Positions 40,495-49,705 of a stretch of 64,000 nt of DNA are shown in pieces. The DNA comes from a virus. The DNA is taken from IMG/VR virus record IMGVR_UViG_3300049172_000080, positions 1-64,000 of that record; one strand, 5' to 3'. The notes under the pieces were generated by a model. That model searched no databases. It saw only the letters and a program-made list of their open reading frames with translations, and had not been told where the DNA came from. The stretch's first letter is position 1. The number at the start of each line of letters is the position of its first letter. A program made the position numbers and the translations under genes.

Positions 40495-42351
40495 GTGCCG
40501 TGGTACGACGCATTCCGGGGGCGTGTGGCCCGGGAGCCTGCCCCGCTGCCCCAGTCGCCGCCGGAGGCGCTGACGGCCGCCGCTGCTCCGCCTCCCGGCC
40601 CCGAGACCAAGTTCCTGCGCCGCACAGAGCAGTGGCAGGAGGAGGTCTGGCGCTTCCACGACACGCTCGGCGAGTTCAATTACGGCGTCGGGTGGTTGGC
40701 CAACATGCTGTCCCGGGTGCGCCTGCGCGCCGGCCGCCTGAAGCCGGGCTCCGATGAACCGGACATCGTCACCTCCGGTACGGCCGCTGACCTGATGATG
40801 CTGTTCGGCGGAGGGGTCGCCAGTCAGTCACAGCTCATGAGGCGCCTGACCGTACAGCTCTCCCTCCCGGGCGAGGGGTACCTGGTCGGCGAGACAGTGG
40901 GCAAGACCGAACGCTGGCAGGTCCGTTCCGTCGACGAGATCCGCGTGCAGTCCGGCAAATACCAGGTGATGGACGAAGAAAGCGCCACCACCGGCCAGGA
41001 CTGGCGCGACCTCGCCGAGGATCACCACGTCGTCCGCGTCTGGCGCCCGCACGACCGGTACTACCACATGGCAGACTCCCCGGCGCGCAGCGCCCGCGAC
41101 ATCATGCGAGAGCTGGAGCTGGTCAACCGGAAGATCACGGCCGAGTACCTCTCCCGCCTGGCCTCCGCCGGACTCCTCCTGCTCCCCGATGAGCTGAGCT
41201 TCCCGGTCCGCGAGGAGTTCGCCAACGACCCGGACAATGCCAACCCGCTGATGTCCGAGTGGATCGAGATTGCCGCGACGGCGATCCAGAACCCGGGAAC
41301 CGCGTCCGCCGTGGTTCCCATTCCGCTGGTCGGTCCGGCCGAGGCGATCGACAAGGTCAAGCACGTCGACTTCACGTTGAAGATCGACGAAAAGATTATC
41401 GAGAAGCGGGACAGCGCGATCAAGCGCCTGGCAACCAAGTTGGACATGCCGGCCGACGTGCTACTGGGTCTGGGTGACGTCAACCACTGGTCTGCCTGGC
41501 AGTTGGAGGAGGGCGCTCTCAAGACGCATATCGCCCCCATCGCTGAGCTGATCTGCGACGCCCTCACGCGCGGCTATCTCCAGCCCCGGCTGGAGGCGTC
41601 CGGCGAGGATCCGGCCGCCTGGGTCGTCTGGTACGACATGAGCGAGCTGGCTCTGAGCCCGGACCGCAGCGGCAACGCGACTCTGGCCTACGACCGGATG
41701 GAGCTGGGTGGCGCCGCGTACCGGCGAGAGCTGGGGTTCGACGAGGACGACGCGCCTTCGCCCGAAGACTTGAAGGAACAGGCCCTGAAGGTCATCATCC
41801 GCACGCTGCCGTCCGGCGCCGCGTCCGCCCTCGCCCAGCTCATCAGCGAGGACGTCCCGCAGATCGTCCCCGTCTCCCCGCAGGACCCCGGGACCGCCGA
41901 GGCCGTGCAGCAAGGCGACACCCCGCCGCCGGCGAACCAGCAGCCGACCGAGGAGGGCGCGGGCCGCGCGGCGCCGCCGTCCGACGAGCCGTCGCCGACG
42001 CAGGACCGCACCGGGCCGCCCTCCCGGGACCAGCGCGCCACGGCCGAGCGGGCGCAGCTCCTCGTGCAGCAGGCCCGGACGCAGCACATGCTCCGAGTCG
42101 GTGCGGCCAACCGGTGGGACCTGCTGCATCCCGGCATCTGCGGCGAGCACGAGTACTCCTGCCCGTTCACACACGCAGTCGCCACGGCGGCCCCGTCCGT
42201 ACGGCCCGGGACGTCGGGGACGTACCTGTGCCACCTGGACGCCTTCGGCCGCCTAGTTCTCGACGGCCGTAGTCCCTACGCGGACACCGCCGCCATGATC
42301 TCCACGTCACTGGTACCGAGGGCGGTGAACGGCCATGCCCCCGCGCACTGA
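40495..42351 (+). CDS. portal protein
   Basis: 618 aa, GTG after GGGGAGG; position ahead of MuF/protease/capsid; general resemblance to actinophage portals. Confidence 0.7.
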   Translation: MPWYDAFRGRVAREPAPLPQSPPEALTAAAAPPPGPETKFLRRTEQWQEEVWRFHDTLGEFNYGVGWLANMLSRVRLRAGRLKPGSDEPDIVTSGTAADLMMLFGGGVASQSQLMRRLTVQLSLPGEGYLVGETVGKTERWQVRSVDEIRVQSGKYQVMDEESATTGQDWRDLAEDHHVVRVWRPHDRYYHMADSPARSARDIMRELELVNRKITAEYLSRLASAGLLLLPDELSFPVREEFANDPDNANPLMSEWIEIAATAIQNPGTASAVVPIPLVGPAEAIDKVKHVDFTLKIDEKIIEKRDSAIKRLATKLDMPADVLLGLGDVNHWSAWQLEEGALKTHIAPIAELICDALTRGYLQPRLEASGEDPAAWVVWYDMSELALSPDRSGNATLAYDRMELGGAAYRRELGFDEDDAPSPEDLKEQALKVIIRTLPSGAASALAQLISEDVPQIVPVSPQDPGTAEAVQQGDTPPPANQQPTEEGAGRAAPPSDEPSPTQDRTGPPSRDQRATAERAQLLVQQARTQHMLRVGAANRWDLLHPGICGEHEYSCPFTHAVATAAPSVRPGTSGTYLCHLDAFGRLVLDGRSPYADTAAMISTSLVPRAVNGHAPAH

Positions 42352-45322
42352 CCACCAGCACCCGCCGCTCGTGACGGCAGCCGCCGACGGCTCGCACACG
42401 CAGGGCTGCATGATCGCCCTCATGCCGGCGGCAGAGAACGCAGAACGCTTGGCGATACCGGGCGGGGAACCGGCCGAGGAGCTGCACTGCACGCTGCGCT
42501 ATCTGGGCAAGGCAGACACGCACGGCGCTGACGCGCGCACGTCCCTCATAGAGGAGATGCGCAGGCTCAGCCGAGATCTTCCGCCGATCACGTCCAAGAT
42601 CTTCGGGGCCGCGCACTGGAACGGTAATGGCCCCGAGCCGTCATGGGTGTGGTCCGTAGGGGACCTGCCTGACGGGGTGTCTTTGAACGCCGCTCACGAG
42701 ATGGCCAACGAAGCCGTGTGGGCGACGGCCCTTGAAGTCCCCCGACCGCACAGCCCCTGGGTCGCCCACATCTGCGCCGCGTACAGCGATGACCCGGAAT
42801 TCCTCGCGGAGATGGAGCAGCGGCTCGGCGAGGTGACGTTCGACCGCATCCGGGTCAGCTTCGGTGACGAAGACCACGACATCCCGCTGACCGGCGACGC
42901 GGTGACGGCCGCCGCCGGGCCGTTGCGTCGGGAGCCGACCGAGCTGGAGATGGCTTCGCGCGTCGACTTCGCCTCCGTGCACCGCGAGTGGGAGGCGGCG
43001 ACGAACCGGGCGATGCAGTCACTGAGGTCTACGACGGCCGCCTGGCGCCTGGACCTGCGGCAGCAAATCGCCCGCGACCTCGCCGACGACGCCCTGGACT
43101 CCATCCCCGAGCTGACCCTGGACAGCCGGGCCGCCACGGCCACGCTGCTCAGCCTCATGGAGGAGTACGCGGTCAAGGCCGGTCGGGCGTGCCAGCGCGA
43201 GGCGGAGCAGCAAGGCATCGCCGTGCCGGACTGGTCACTGCCCGACGGCGGCGAAGACGCGGTCACCGCCGCGCTCACCGGGCGGCGACTGCTGACGTCC
43301 GTCGCGGAGCTGACCAGCGACCTCATGTCCGGCGCATTGCTGACGGCCGCGAAGCGGAAACTCTCCGGCCTGCTGCGCTCGAACCGGCCGACGAACCAGA
43401 TCGCTGCCGAGGTGGATCGGGAGCTGGCCACGGTCGACGACACCACCGTGCGCGCCGCCGTGGGCTCCGCGATGACGGCCGCTCAGAACGCCGGACGGTA
43501 CGCCGTGATGGAAGCCGCTCCGCTGGCGCAGTCGTACGTGGCCAGCGAGATCCTGGACCGCCGCACGTGCGAGCCGTGCAAGGACATCGACGGCCGTACC
43601 TTCACCTCCCTGGACGGCGCCGTGGCGGAGTACCCGGTCATGGGCTACCGCGACTGCACCGGCGCCCGCTACGGCAACGCCTGTCGTGGCTTCATCATCG
43701 CCGTCTGGCAGGAAGTGCGAAGCCCGGCGACTACGGCGAGCGCCGATACCCAACCGGCCGCACAGGACGCGGCGAAAGGAGATCAGTCCATGACGACCGA
43801 AGCAGCGACCGAAGCGACCGAGGCCCTGAGCAAGGGCGACCCGAACCCTGGCACGCCGAAGGACAAGCGGCTCAAGGAGAACCAGAAGGCGGCCGAGGAG
43901 AAGCAGTGCCCGCCCGGCATGGAGCTGGACGAGGAGTCTGGCGAGTGCGTGCCGGAGTCCGATGAGGAAGAGGCGGCCGGGGGCACGACGGCGCTGCGCG
44001 GCGAGCACGGCCCGGAGACCCTGGCCCACGGCGCGGCGGCTGACGCCGAGAAGGTGACCGGCCCGCCGGTCAGCGAGATGGGCGCCGGGGACACCGCGCC
44101 GTGGCGTGGCCCGCTGACCGTGGAGGGCATAGAGACCGGCGACGGCCGCGAGTTCAAGCCGGACGCACTCACCTGGGCTGATCTGCCTCTGCCGCTGCGC
44201 TGGAACAAAGAGGACTCCCACGGCGGGGAACCGCACACCGTGGCGGTCAATGTCGGCCGCATCGACAAGGTGTGGCGCGAGGACGGCGGCCTGGTCATGG
44301 GCGAGGGCGTGCTGGACCTGTCCACCGAGGACGGCCGCACCGTCCACGGCAAGATCAAGGGCCAATTCCTGCGCGGGGTGTCCGTGGACGTTGACTCCAT
44401 CAAGGACGCCGACATGGAGCTGGTGTGGCCGGCCGACCCGGACGCCGACGGCGAGGGCTCCCCGTTCGACATGCTGTTCGCGTCGCCGGAAAAGGTGGTT
44501 TTCAACCGAGGCCGCATCCGCGCGGCGACGCTGGTGGACATCCCGGCGTTCGCCGAGGCGTACATCGCGTTGCTGGACGAGGCGGGGGCCGTCGTCGCCG
44601 GCGGGGAGCCGATCGGCGCGGTGCGTGAGACGCGTGTCCGGTCGGTTCAGGCGCGCACGGTGGAGGCGCCGCTGCGTCCGCCGGCCGGCTGGTTCGCCAA
44701 CCCGGGTCTGTCCGTGCCGACGGGGATTACCGTCACGCCGGAGGGTCGGGTCTACGGGCACGCCGCGCTGTGGGGGACGTGTCACATCGGGCAGGAGGGT
44801 GTGTGCGTCACCCCGCCGCACGAGGAGTCCCACCCGTACTACATGACCGGCAACGTCTGGACGGAGGACGGCTCGTCGGTGTCCGTCGGCCAGATCACCG
44901 TCGGCACCGGGCACGCGCCACTGTCCTACGGCTACCGGGCGGCGGCTGACCATTACGACAACACCGGCGCGGCCGTGGCCGACGTCGCGGTGGGCAACGA
45001 CGCGCACGGTATCTGGGTCGCCGGGTCCATCCGCCCCAAGACCCCGGAGTCGCGCATCCACGAGCTGCGCGCGGCTGGTCAGGTGTCCGGCGACTGGCGC
45101 CGCATCGGCGGGAACCTGCGCCTGGTGGGTCTGCTCGCGGTGAACGTCCCCGGCTTCCCGGTCCCCAAGCTGAAGACGCACCTGACGTCCGGTCAGCAGC
45201 TCGCCCTCGTCGCGGCGGGTATCCCGCAGCTCAGTGAATCGCTGAGCGAGGAGGAGCTGGACCAGTGGGCTTACCGCCGCGTCCTCAAGACCCTGTCCCG
45301 ACAGGTACACGGAGAGGAGTGA
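42335..45322 (+). CDS. 2H-phosphoesterase / MuF-like head morphogenesis / capsid maturation protease fusion ORF
   Basis: N-term LHCTLRYLG and PWVAHICAAY (HxTx / HxCx); MuF motif ILDRRTCEPCKDIDGRTF; internal AAAGGAGA-ATG at 43790; protease-like GIETGDGREF..LPLPLRWN and GHAALWGTCHIG; no stop between the modules. Confidence 0.7.
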   Translation: MPPRTDHQHPPLVTAAADGSHTQGCMIALMPAAENAERLAIPGGEPAEELHCTLRYLGKADTHGADARTSLIEEMRRLSRDLPPITSKIFGAAHWNGNGPEPSWVWSVGDLPDGVSLNAAHEMANEAVWATALEVPRPHSPWVAHICAAYSDDPEFLAEMEQRLGEVTFDRIRVSFGDEDHDIPLTGDAVTAAAGPLRREPTELEMASRVDFASVHREWEAATNRAMQSLRSTTAAWRLDLRQQIARDLADDALDSIPELTLDSRAATATLLSLMEEYAVKAGRACQREAEQQGIAVPDWSLPDGGEDAVTAALTGRRLLTSVAELTSDLMSGALLTAAKRKLSGLLRSNRPTNQIAAEVDRELATVDDTTVRAAVGSAMTAAQNAGRYAVMEAAPLAQSYVASEILDRRTCEPCKDIDGRTFTSLDGAVAEYPVMGYRDCTGARYGNACRGFIIAVWQEVRSPATTASADTQPAAQDAAKGDQSMTTEAATEATEALSKGDPNPGTPKDKRLKENQKAAEEKQCPPGMELDEESGECVPESDEEEAAGGTTALRGEHGPETLAHGAAADAEKVTGPPVSEMGAGDTAPWRGPLTVEGIETGDGREFKPDALTWADLPLPLRWNKEDSHGGEPHTVAVNVGRIDKVWREDGGLVMGEGVLDLSTEDGRTVHGKIKGQFLRGVSVDVDSIKDADMELVWPADPDADGEGSPFDMLFASPEKVVFNRGRIRAATLVDIPAFAEAYIALLDEAGAVVAGGEPIGAVRETRVRSVQARTVEAPLRPPAGWFANPGLSVPTGITVTPEGRVYGHAALWGTCHIGQEGVCVTPPHEESHPYYMTGNVWTEDGSSVSVGQITVGTGHAPLSYGYRAAADHYDNTGAAVADVAVGNDAHGIWVAGSIRPKTPESRIHELRAAGQVSGDWRRIGGNLRLVGLLAVNVPGFPVPKLKTHLTSGQQLALVAAGIPQLSESLSEEELDQWAYRRVLKTLSRQVHGEE

Positions 45323-45499
45323 TCACAATGTGTGGCTGCAACCGTCCCGCACCGCCCCCGCCGCCGCAGCCGGAACCGATCGGCGGCTGACCAGCGACAA
45401 CGGCCGAATCGTCAGAGTCCTTGTGACTTTTGGCGATTCGGCCGTTTGTATGTACGGTGCGCGCCGACTTGATCTCGGCAGCTTCCCACGGAGGTTTCA

Positions 45500-47290
45500 G
45501 TGCCGGAACCGGAGCTTTTCACCGCACCTGACGACCTCTCCCTGGTGGGCGAGGCCGATCTGCGCGAACTGGAGACCAACGCGGTCGGCGAGTTCGACCG
45601 CGTCAATGGCCTCCAGCACATCACGCCCGAACACATCAGCTACAGCGAACGCCTCACGCGCGACCTGGACCGCATCCGCGCCGAGCTGCGCGTGCGCGCG
45701 GTCCGCGCGGAGGAAGAGGCCGCCACCGCACAGCAGGAGGCGACGCGGCGCATGGCGCTGCTGCGTCAGTCCGTGCACGCCGGTGAGGGCGGCGGAGGCG
45801 GTGACGGAGGCGAGGGCGCCGCCCCCGTCACCGCCGGCGGCCGTGTCGACCTCGCGGCGCTGACCGAGGCCACGGCCAAGGGCGTGGCGTCGATCCTGTT
45901 CGGAGACCAGGCGCCGGAGTCCGTGCGCAAGCGCGTCGCCTCCCTGTCGCAGGTGCGTGAGCGCGCCCCGCAGGCCAAGGCACCGAACGCGCAGACCATG
46001 GCCGTGACGGCCAGCGTTGACATCCCCGGCGTGGCGGCCGGCCAGTCCATGCCGACGCTGGAGGCCCTGGGCGAGGCGTTCCGCGCCAAGGCCAAGGCAG
46101 TCCCCACCACGCAGTACGGCGATCGTGGCGCACCGCGCCACCTGGTGGCCTCGGTGCGCAACCAGTTCGACCACACCGTGGACGACCGCACCTCCGCCTC
46201 CACGGTGGAGGAGCTGTGGCACTCGATGACGCAGGCGGGCGGCAAGGCCGAGGCCCTGCTGGCCGGCGGTGGCTGGTGCGCCCCGTCGGAAGTCTCCTAC
46301 GACTTCTTCAACATCGCCGACACTCCGGTGGGTCTCGTCGACCTGCCGACCGTCGGCGTTTCCCGGGGCGGCATCCGCTTCCCCGTCTCCCCGTCCATCG
46401 GGGACGTGTTCTTCCAGAACGCGGGCAGCAACCCGGCCTCCGGGTTCGGCGGGTTCGGCGTCACCTTCTCCAACGCGAGCGACCCGTGGCTGTGGACCGA
46501 GGCCGATGACATCGCCACCGTCACCGGCTCGGTGAACAAGCCGACCCTGCGCGTGCCGTGCCCGACGTTCGATGAGGCTCGGCTGGAGGCGTACGGCATC
46601 AGCCTCACCGCCGGTAACCTCACCGACGACGCGTACCCCGAAGCCACGCAGAACTTCATCAGGTTGCTGCGGGCCGCCTACGCGCACGTCATCAACGCCC
46701 GGCTCATCTCCCTCATGGTGGCCCGGTCCACCTCGGCGATCGCTCTTGGCGGGTCGAACAAGCCGGCCGCGCAGACCCTGCTCAACGGCGTGGAGCTGGC
46801 GGCGATCGACTACCGCGCCAAGTTCGCCATGCGTGAGGACGCGGTGCTGGAGGTCGTCCTGCCGCGCTGGACGCTCGCGGTCATCCGGGCCGACCTCGCC
46901 TGGCGGACCAAGGTGGAGCGGGAGTCGGTGTCGGACGCGCAGATCACAGCCTGGTTCACGGACCGGTCGGTGCGCCCGCAGTTCGTCTCCGACTGGCAGG
47001 TGCGCGGCTCCGGCCAGTTCGGCCGCGTGGACACGAACATGACGGCGTGGCCGACGGCGGTGGACTTCATGATGTACGCCGCCGGCACCTTCCTTCACGG
47101 CAACGGCCTCCAGCTCGACCTCGGCGTCATCCGCGACAGCGTGCTGAACGCGGAAAACGATTACACGGCCCTGTGGGCGGAGGAAGCGCACCTGGTCGCC
47201 AAGGTCGGCCACGAGTCCCGCCTGTACCGGGCGACGCTCGCGGTCAACGGCTCGGGCAGCGCTGACCAGACCCTCGGTCACCAGCTCTGA
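45500..47290 (+). CDS. major capsid protein (HK97 fold) with an N-terminal scaffold-like coiled coil
   Basis: 596 aa; GTG after GGAGG; N-terminal helical region with a Gly-rich hinge, then a capsid-like body; position after the protease. Confidence 0.7.
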   Translation: MPEPELFTAPDDLSLVGEADLRELETNAVGEFDRVNGLQHITPEHISYSERLTRDLDRIRAELRVRAVRAEEEAATAQQEATRRMALLRQSVHAGEGGGGGDGGEGAAPVTAGGRVDLAALTEATAKGVASILFGDQAPESVRKRVASLSQVRERAPQAKAPNAQTMAVTASVDIPGVAAGQSMPTLEALGEAFRAKAKAVPTTQYGDRGAPRHLVASVRNQFDHTVDDRTSASTVEELWHSMTQAGGKAEALLAGGGWCAPSEVSYDFFNIADTPVGLVDLPTVGVSRGGIRFPVSPSIGDVFFQNAGSNPASGFGGFGVTFSNASDPWLWTEADDIATVTGSVNKPTLRVPCPTFDEARLEAYGISLTAGNLTDDAYPEATQNFIRLLRAAYAHVINARLISLMVARSTSAIALGGSNKPAAQTLLNGVELAAIDYRAKFAMREDAVLEVVLPRWTLAVIRADLAWRTKVERESVSDAQITAWFTDRSVRPQFVSDWQVRGSGQFGRVDTNMTAWPTAVDFMMYAAGTFLHGNGLQLDLGVIRDSVLNAENDYTALWAEEAHLVAKVGHESRLYRATLAVNGSGSADQTLGHQL

Positions 47291-47324
47291 GTCCTGACCG
47301 CAGCAGCAACGGGAGGAGCGTGAC

Positions 47325-48212
47325 GTGGCCGGTATCCGGGGCATAGTCGACGGGCCGGACTTCGTCGCGCTCCCGAACATCCTGTGGGACGCCGCTCAGC
47401 ACCCCGCTCCGGCGGGGCCGCACTGGCAGCAGGGCGTGACCTGGACGGACTGGTGCGGCGGCGCGCAGACGACCTACGCGGACGAGTGCATCGCCGTCAC
47501 CGGTACGGACGGTGCCGTTCCGGCCGCTCCGCCGTTGGAGCCGACGGCGAGCGGCGTGGACCGTGGGGCAACCGCCTTCACGGTGTACGCCGCGTTCGAT
47601 TGTTCGCTGATCGGCCTGCCCGACGTGGACCAGGCAGTGCAGGCGCTGGACCGCAGCGAGGCCTTCCAGGTGGGCCGCGCGTTCTGGACGGGGCAGGCTG
47701 GCGGACAGGCCACGGTGTGGCCGCACCTGGCCGCCGACGACGATCTGGACGACCCGCACGGCATTCGCCTTCAGACGGCTGCCGACACGGTGGTGGCGAC
47801 AGCCAGCGACGCGGCCACGGTAGTCGGCCGCCTGGACGGAGCACTCGCCGACCAGTACGGCGGGGAAGGCGTGGTCCACGTTCCCGTGGTCGCCCTGGCC
47901 ACTCTGACGTCCCGGGACCTTGTCCGTCAGGAAGCGAACGGGGTGCTGCGCACCCCCGGCGGGCACCGGGTCGTCGCGGCGGCCGGGTACACCGGGTCCG
48001 GCCCGGACGGCGCCGCCTCTCCGGACGGCTCGGCGTGGATCTACGCCACCGGCGCCCTGTTCGGCTACCGCTCGGACGTCGCGGTACGGGACTTCCCCGG
48101 CACGTTCGACCGGTCCAACAACACCGTCCGCAAACAGGCGTCCCGTACGTACCTCTTCGGCTGGGAGTGCGCACATCTCGCAGCCCTGATGACTCTCGGC
48201 GTACCCACGTAA
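47325..48212 (+). CDS. capsid-protein paralog (possible vertex/pentamer protein)
   Basis: 295 aa; its C-terminus WIYATGALFGYR..FDRSNNTV..FGWECAHLAA aligns by eye with FMMYAAGTFLHG..RDSVLNAENDY..WAEEAHLVA of the preceding gene. Confidence 0.45.
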   Translation: MAGIRGIVDGPDFVALPNILWDAAQHPAPAGPHWQQGVTWTDWCGGAQTTYADECIAVTGTDGAVPAAPPLEPTASGVDRGATAFTVYAAFDCSLIGLPDVDQAVQALDRSEAFQVGRAFWTGQAGGQATVWPHLAADDDLDDPHGIRLQTAADTVVATASDAATVVGRLDGALADQYGGEGVVHVPVVALATLTSRDLVRQEANGVLRTPGGHRVVAAAGYTGSGPDGAASPDGSAWIYATGALFGYRSDVAVRDFPGTFDRSNNTVRKQASRTYLFGWECAHLAALMTLGVPT

Positions 48213-48222
48213 GGGGTGAACA

Positions 48223-48918
48223 GTGGTAGCAACCGTGGCTTCGGCCGCCACCGCGATCAAGGGCACGCACGCCCGAATCGTCCGCGTGGACGCCTGCGGC
48301 AACCCGGTCACCGGGACGGGATCCATGGTCGTCGTGACCAAGGGTTTTGTTCAGGTGCAAATGGAACCTCAGTACGAGGACGGCGAAGAGTTCTTTGAAA
48401 GGACTGCTGACGGCACTCCTTGCGTGAACCAGAAGGACGATCCTGTGCTGAAGCGAATGCAGCTCACGATCGACTTCTGTGAAATCAACACCACCGGGGT
48501 CGCGTACCTCGCGAGCGCGAGGGAGCTGACCGTCAACGGCGCCGGGGTGACCGGGACCGGCTTCGCCTTCGCGGAGGGCTCGCCGTCAAACCGGTATTCC
48601 CTGGAGGTGTGGCAGCGCGTAGCGGGGTCGGGCTCGTGCGACCCGTCCGGAGCGCAGCGCTACATCTACAACGCGTGGCCCAACGTGGGCGCCTCGCGCA
48701 TCGGCTCGTACACGGTGGAGAACGGCCGCTCCACCATGCAGGTCCTGTCCGAGACGCAGGCGGTGTCCACGACACCGGTCATCGGGTGGGGTAACGGGCC
48801 CGGGGCCACGTCGTGGCTGCCGACCGGCGAGACAGCACAGGCCGGCGAGCACTGGCTGTGGAACATCACCACTACGGCTCCGCCCGACCCGCAGGTCAAC
48901 CCGCTGACCCTGACGTGA
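48223..48918 (+). CDS. virion structural protein (function unassigned)
   Basis: 231-aa ORF in the head/neck gene string. Confidence 0.6.
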   Translation: MVATVASAATAIKGTHARIVRVDACGNPVTGTGSMVVVTKGFVQVQMEPQYEDGEEFFERTADGTPCVNQKDDPVLKRMQLTIDFCEINTTGVAYLASARELTVNGAGVTGTGFAFAEGSPSNRYSLEVWQRVAGSGSCDPSGAQRYIYNAWPNVGASRIGSYTVENGRSTMQVLSETQAVSTTPVIGWGNGPGATSWLPTGETAQAGEHWLWNITTTAPPDPQVNPLTLT

Positions 48919-49208
48919 TCCTGACCCGCGAGCAGCACTGGGTCTGCCCCAACTGTGACCGTGCGGAGGTTACGGAGGGGGCAGACAACCGTTTCCACAC
49001 CTGTGCCGGCCTCGCCGGGCTGCTCGCCCCGATGGTCCTGGAGGGGACGCGGGTCAGCGTGAGGGCTGTGGTCCGGGAGGACTACGTAGGTAGCGAGGAC
49101 GTGCGGTACGACGGCGAGGGCCGGCCGGTGATGGCCGTGGTCACGGAGCGGGACGACGGCATGGACCGTGCAGTCTTCGCCCCCACGGCCCGAGTGACGA
49201 GGGGCTGA
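48915..49208 (+). CDS. small zinc-ribbon protein
   Basis: GTGA overlap; WVCPNCD..HTC; 97 aa. Confidence 0.55.
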   Translation: MILTREQHWVCPNCDRAEVTEGADNRFHTCAGLAGLLAPMVLEGTRVSVRAVVREDYVGSEDVRYDGEGRPVMAVVTERDDGMDRAVFAPTARVTRG

Positions 49209-49212
49209 ACCG

Positions 49213-49695
49213 ATGGCGTGGACGGACAGCAGGGCTTTCAGGGCGTGGATCTCGGGCCCGATGATGCAGGCCTCCGGGACCGGCTACACCGGCCTGGACA
49301 GCGACACGCTCAAGGCCGCGCTGTTCGACAACACTGTCACCCCGGACCGTGACGCGGCCGTCGCCGATACCGGATACGGAGTGGGCACCTGGACGACCGC
49401 GCGGGAAATCACCGGCGGTGCCAACTGGGCTGCGGGCGGCCGTACACTCACCGGCAAGACGGTCTCCACCCCGAGTCCCGGCGTGGTGATGTTCGACGCG
49501 GCCGACCTTGCCGCCGGTGGCACCCTCACCTTGTCCGATGCCTACGGCTGTCTCGTCTACGACGACTCCATCACCGGCGGCACGGTCGCCGACCAAGGTG
49601 TGGCCTACTTCTACTTCGGCGGCCCGCAACCGGTCGTCTCCGGCTCGTTCACTGTGGTCTGGTCCAGCAGCGGCCTGCTCCAGTTCGAGGCGTAA
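49213..49695 (+). CDS. virion structural protein
   Basis: 160-aa ORF beginning MAW like the fibre paralogs at 61226 and 61784. Confidence 0.6.
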   Translation: MAWTDSRAFRAWISGPMMQASGTGYTGLDSDTLKAALFDNTVTPDRDAAVADTGYGVGTWTTAREITGGANWAAGGRTLTGKTVSTPSPGVVMFDAADLAAGGTLTLSDAYGCLVYDDSITGGTVADQGVAYFYFGGPQPVVSGSFTVVWSSSGLLQFEA

Positions 49696-49705
49696 GGGGT
49701 CTGCC

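Noticed and set aside
43235-47380. Long minus-strand ORFs (43235-45310, 691 aa; 45497-47380, 627 aa) across the protease and capsid genes
   Set aside because: They are antisense to recognisable MuF, protease and capsid coding frames. Their composition is dominated by R/G/A/P/L/V and I saw no start signals. The same reasoning applies to 28898-30031, 50012-51382, 53403-54518, 57867-59354 and 60602-62218.
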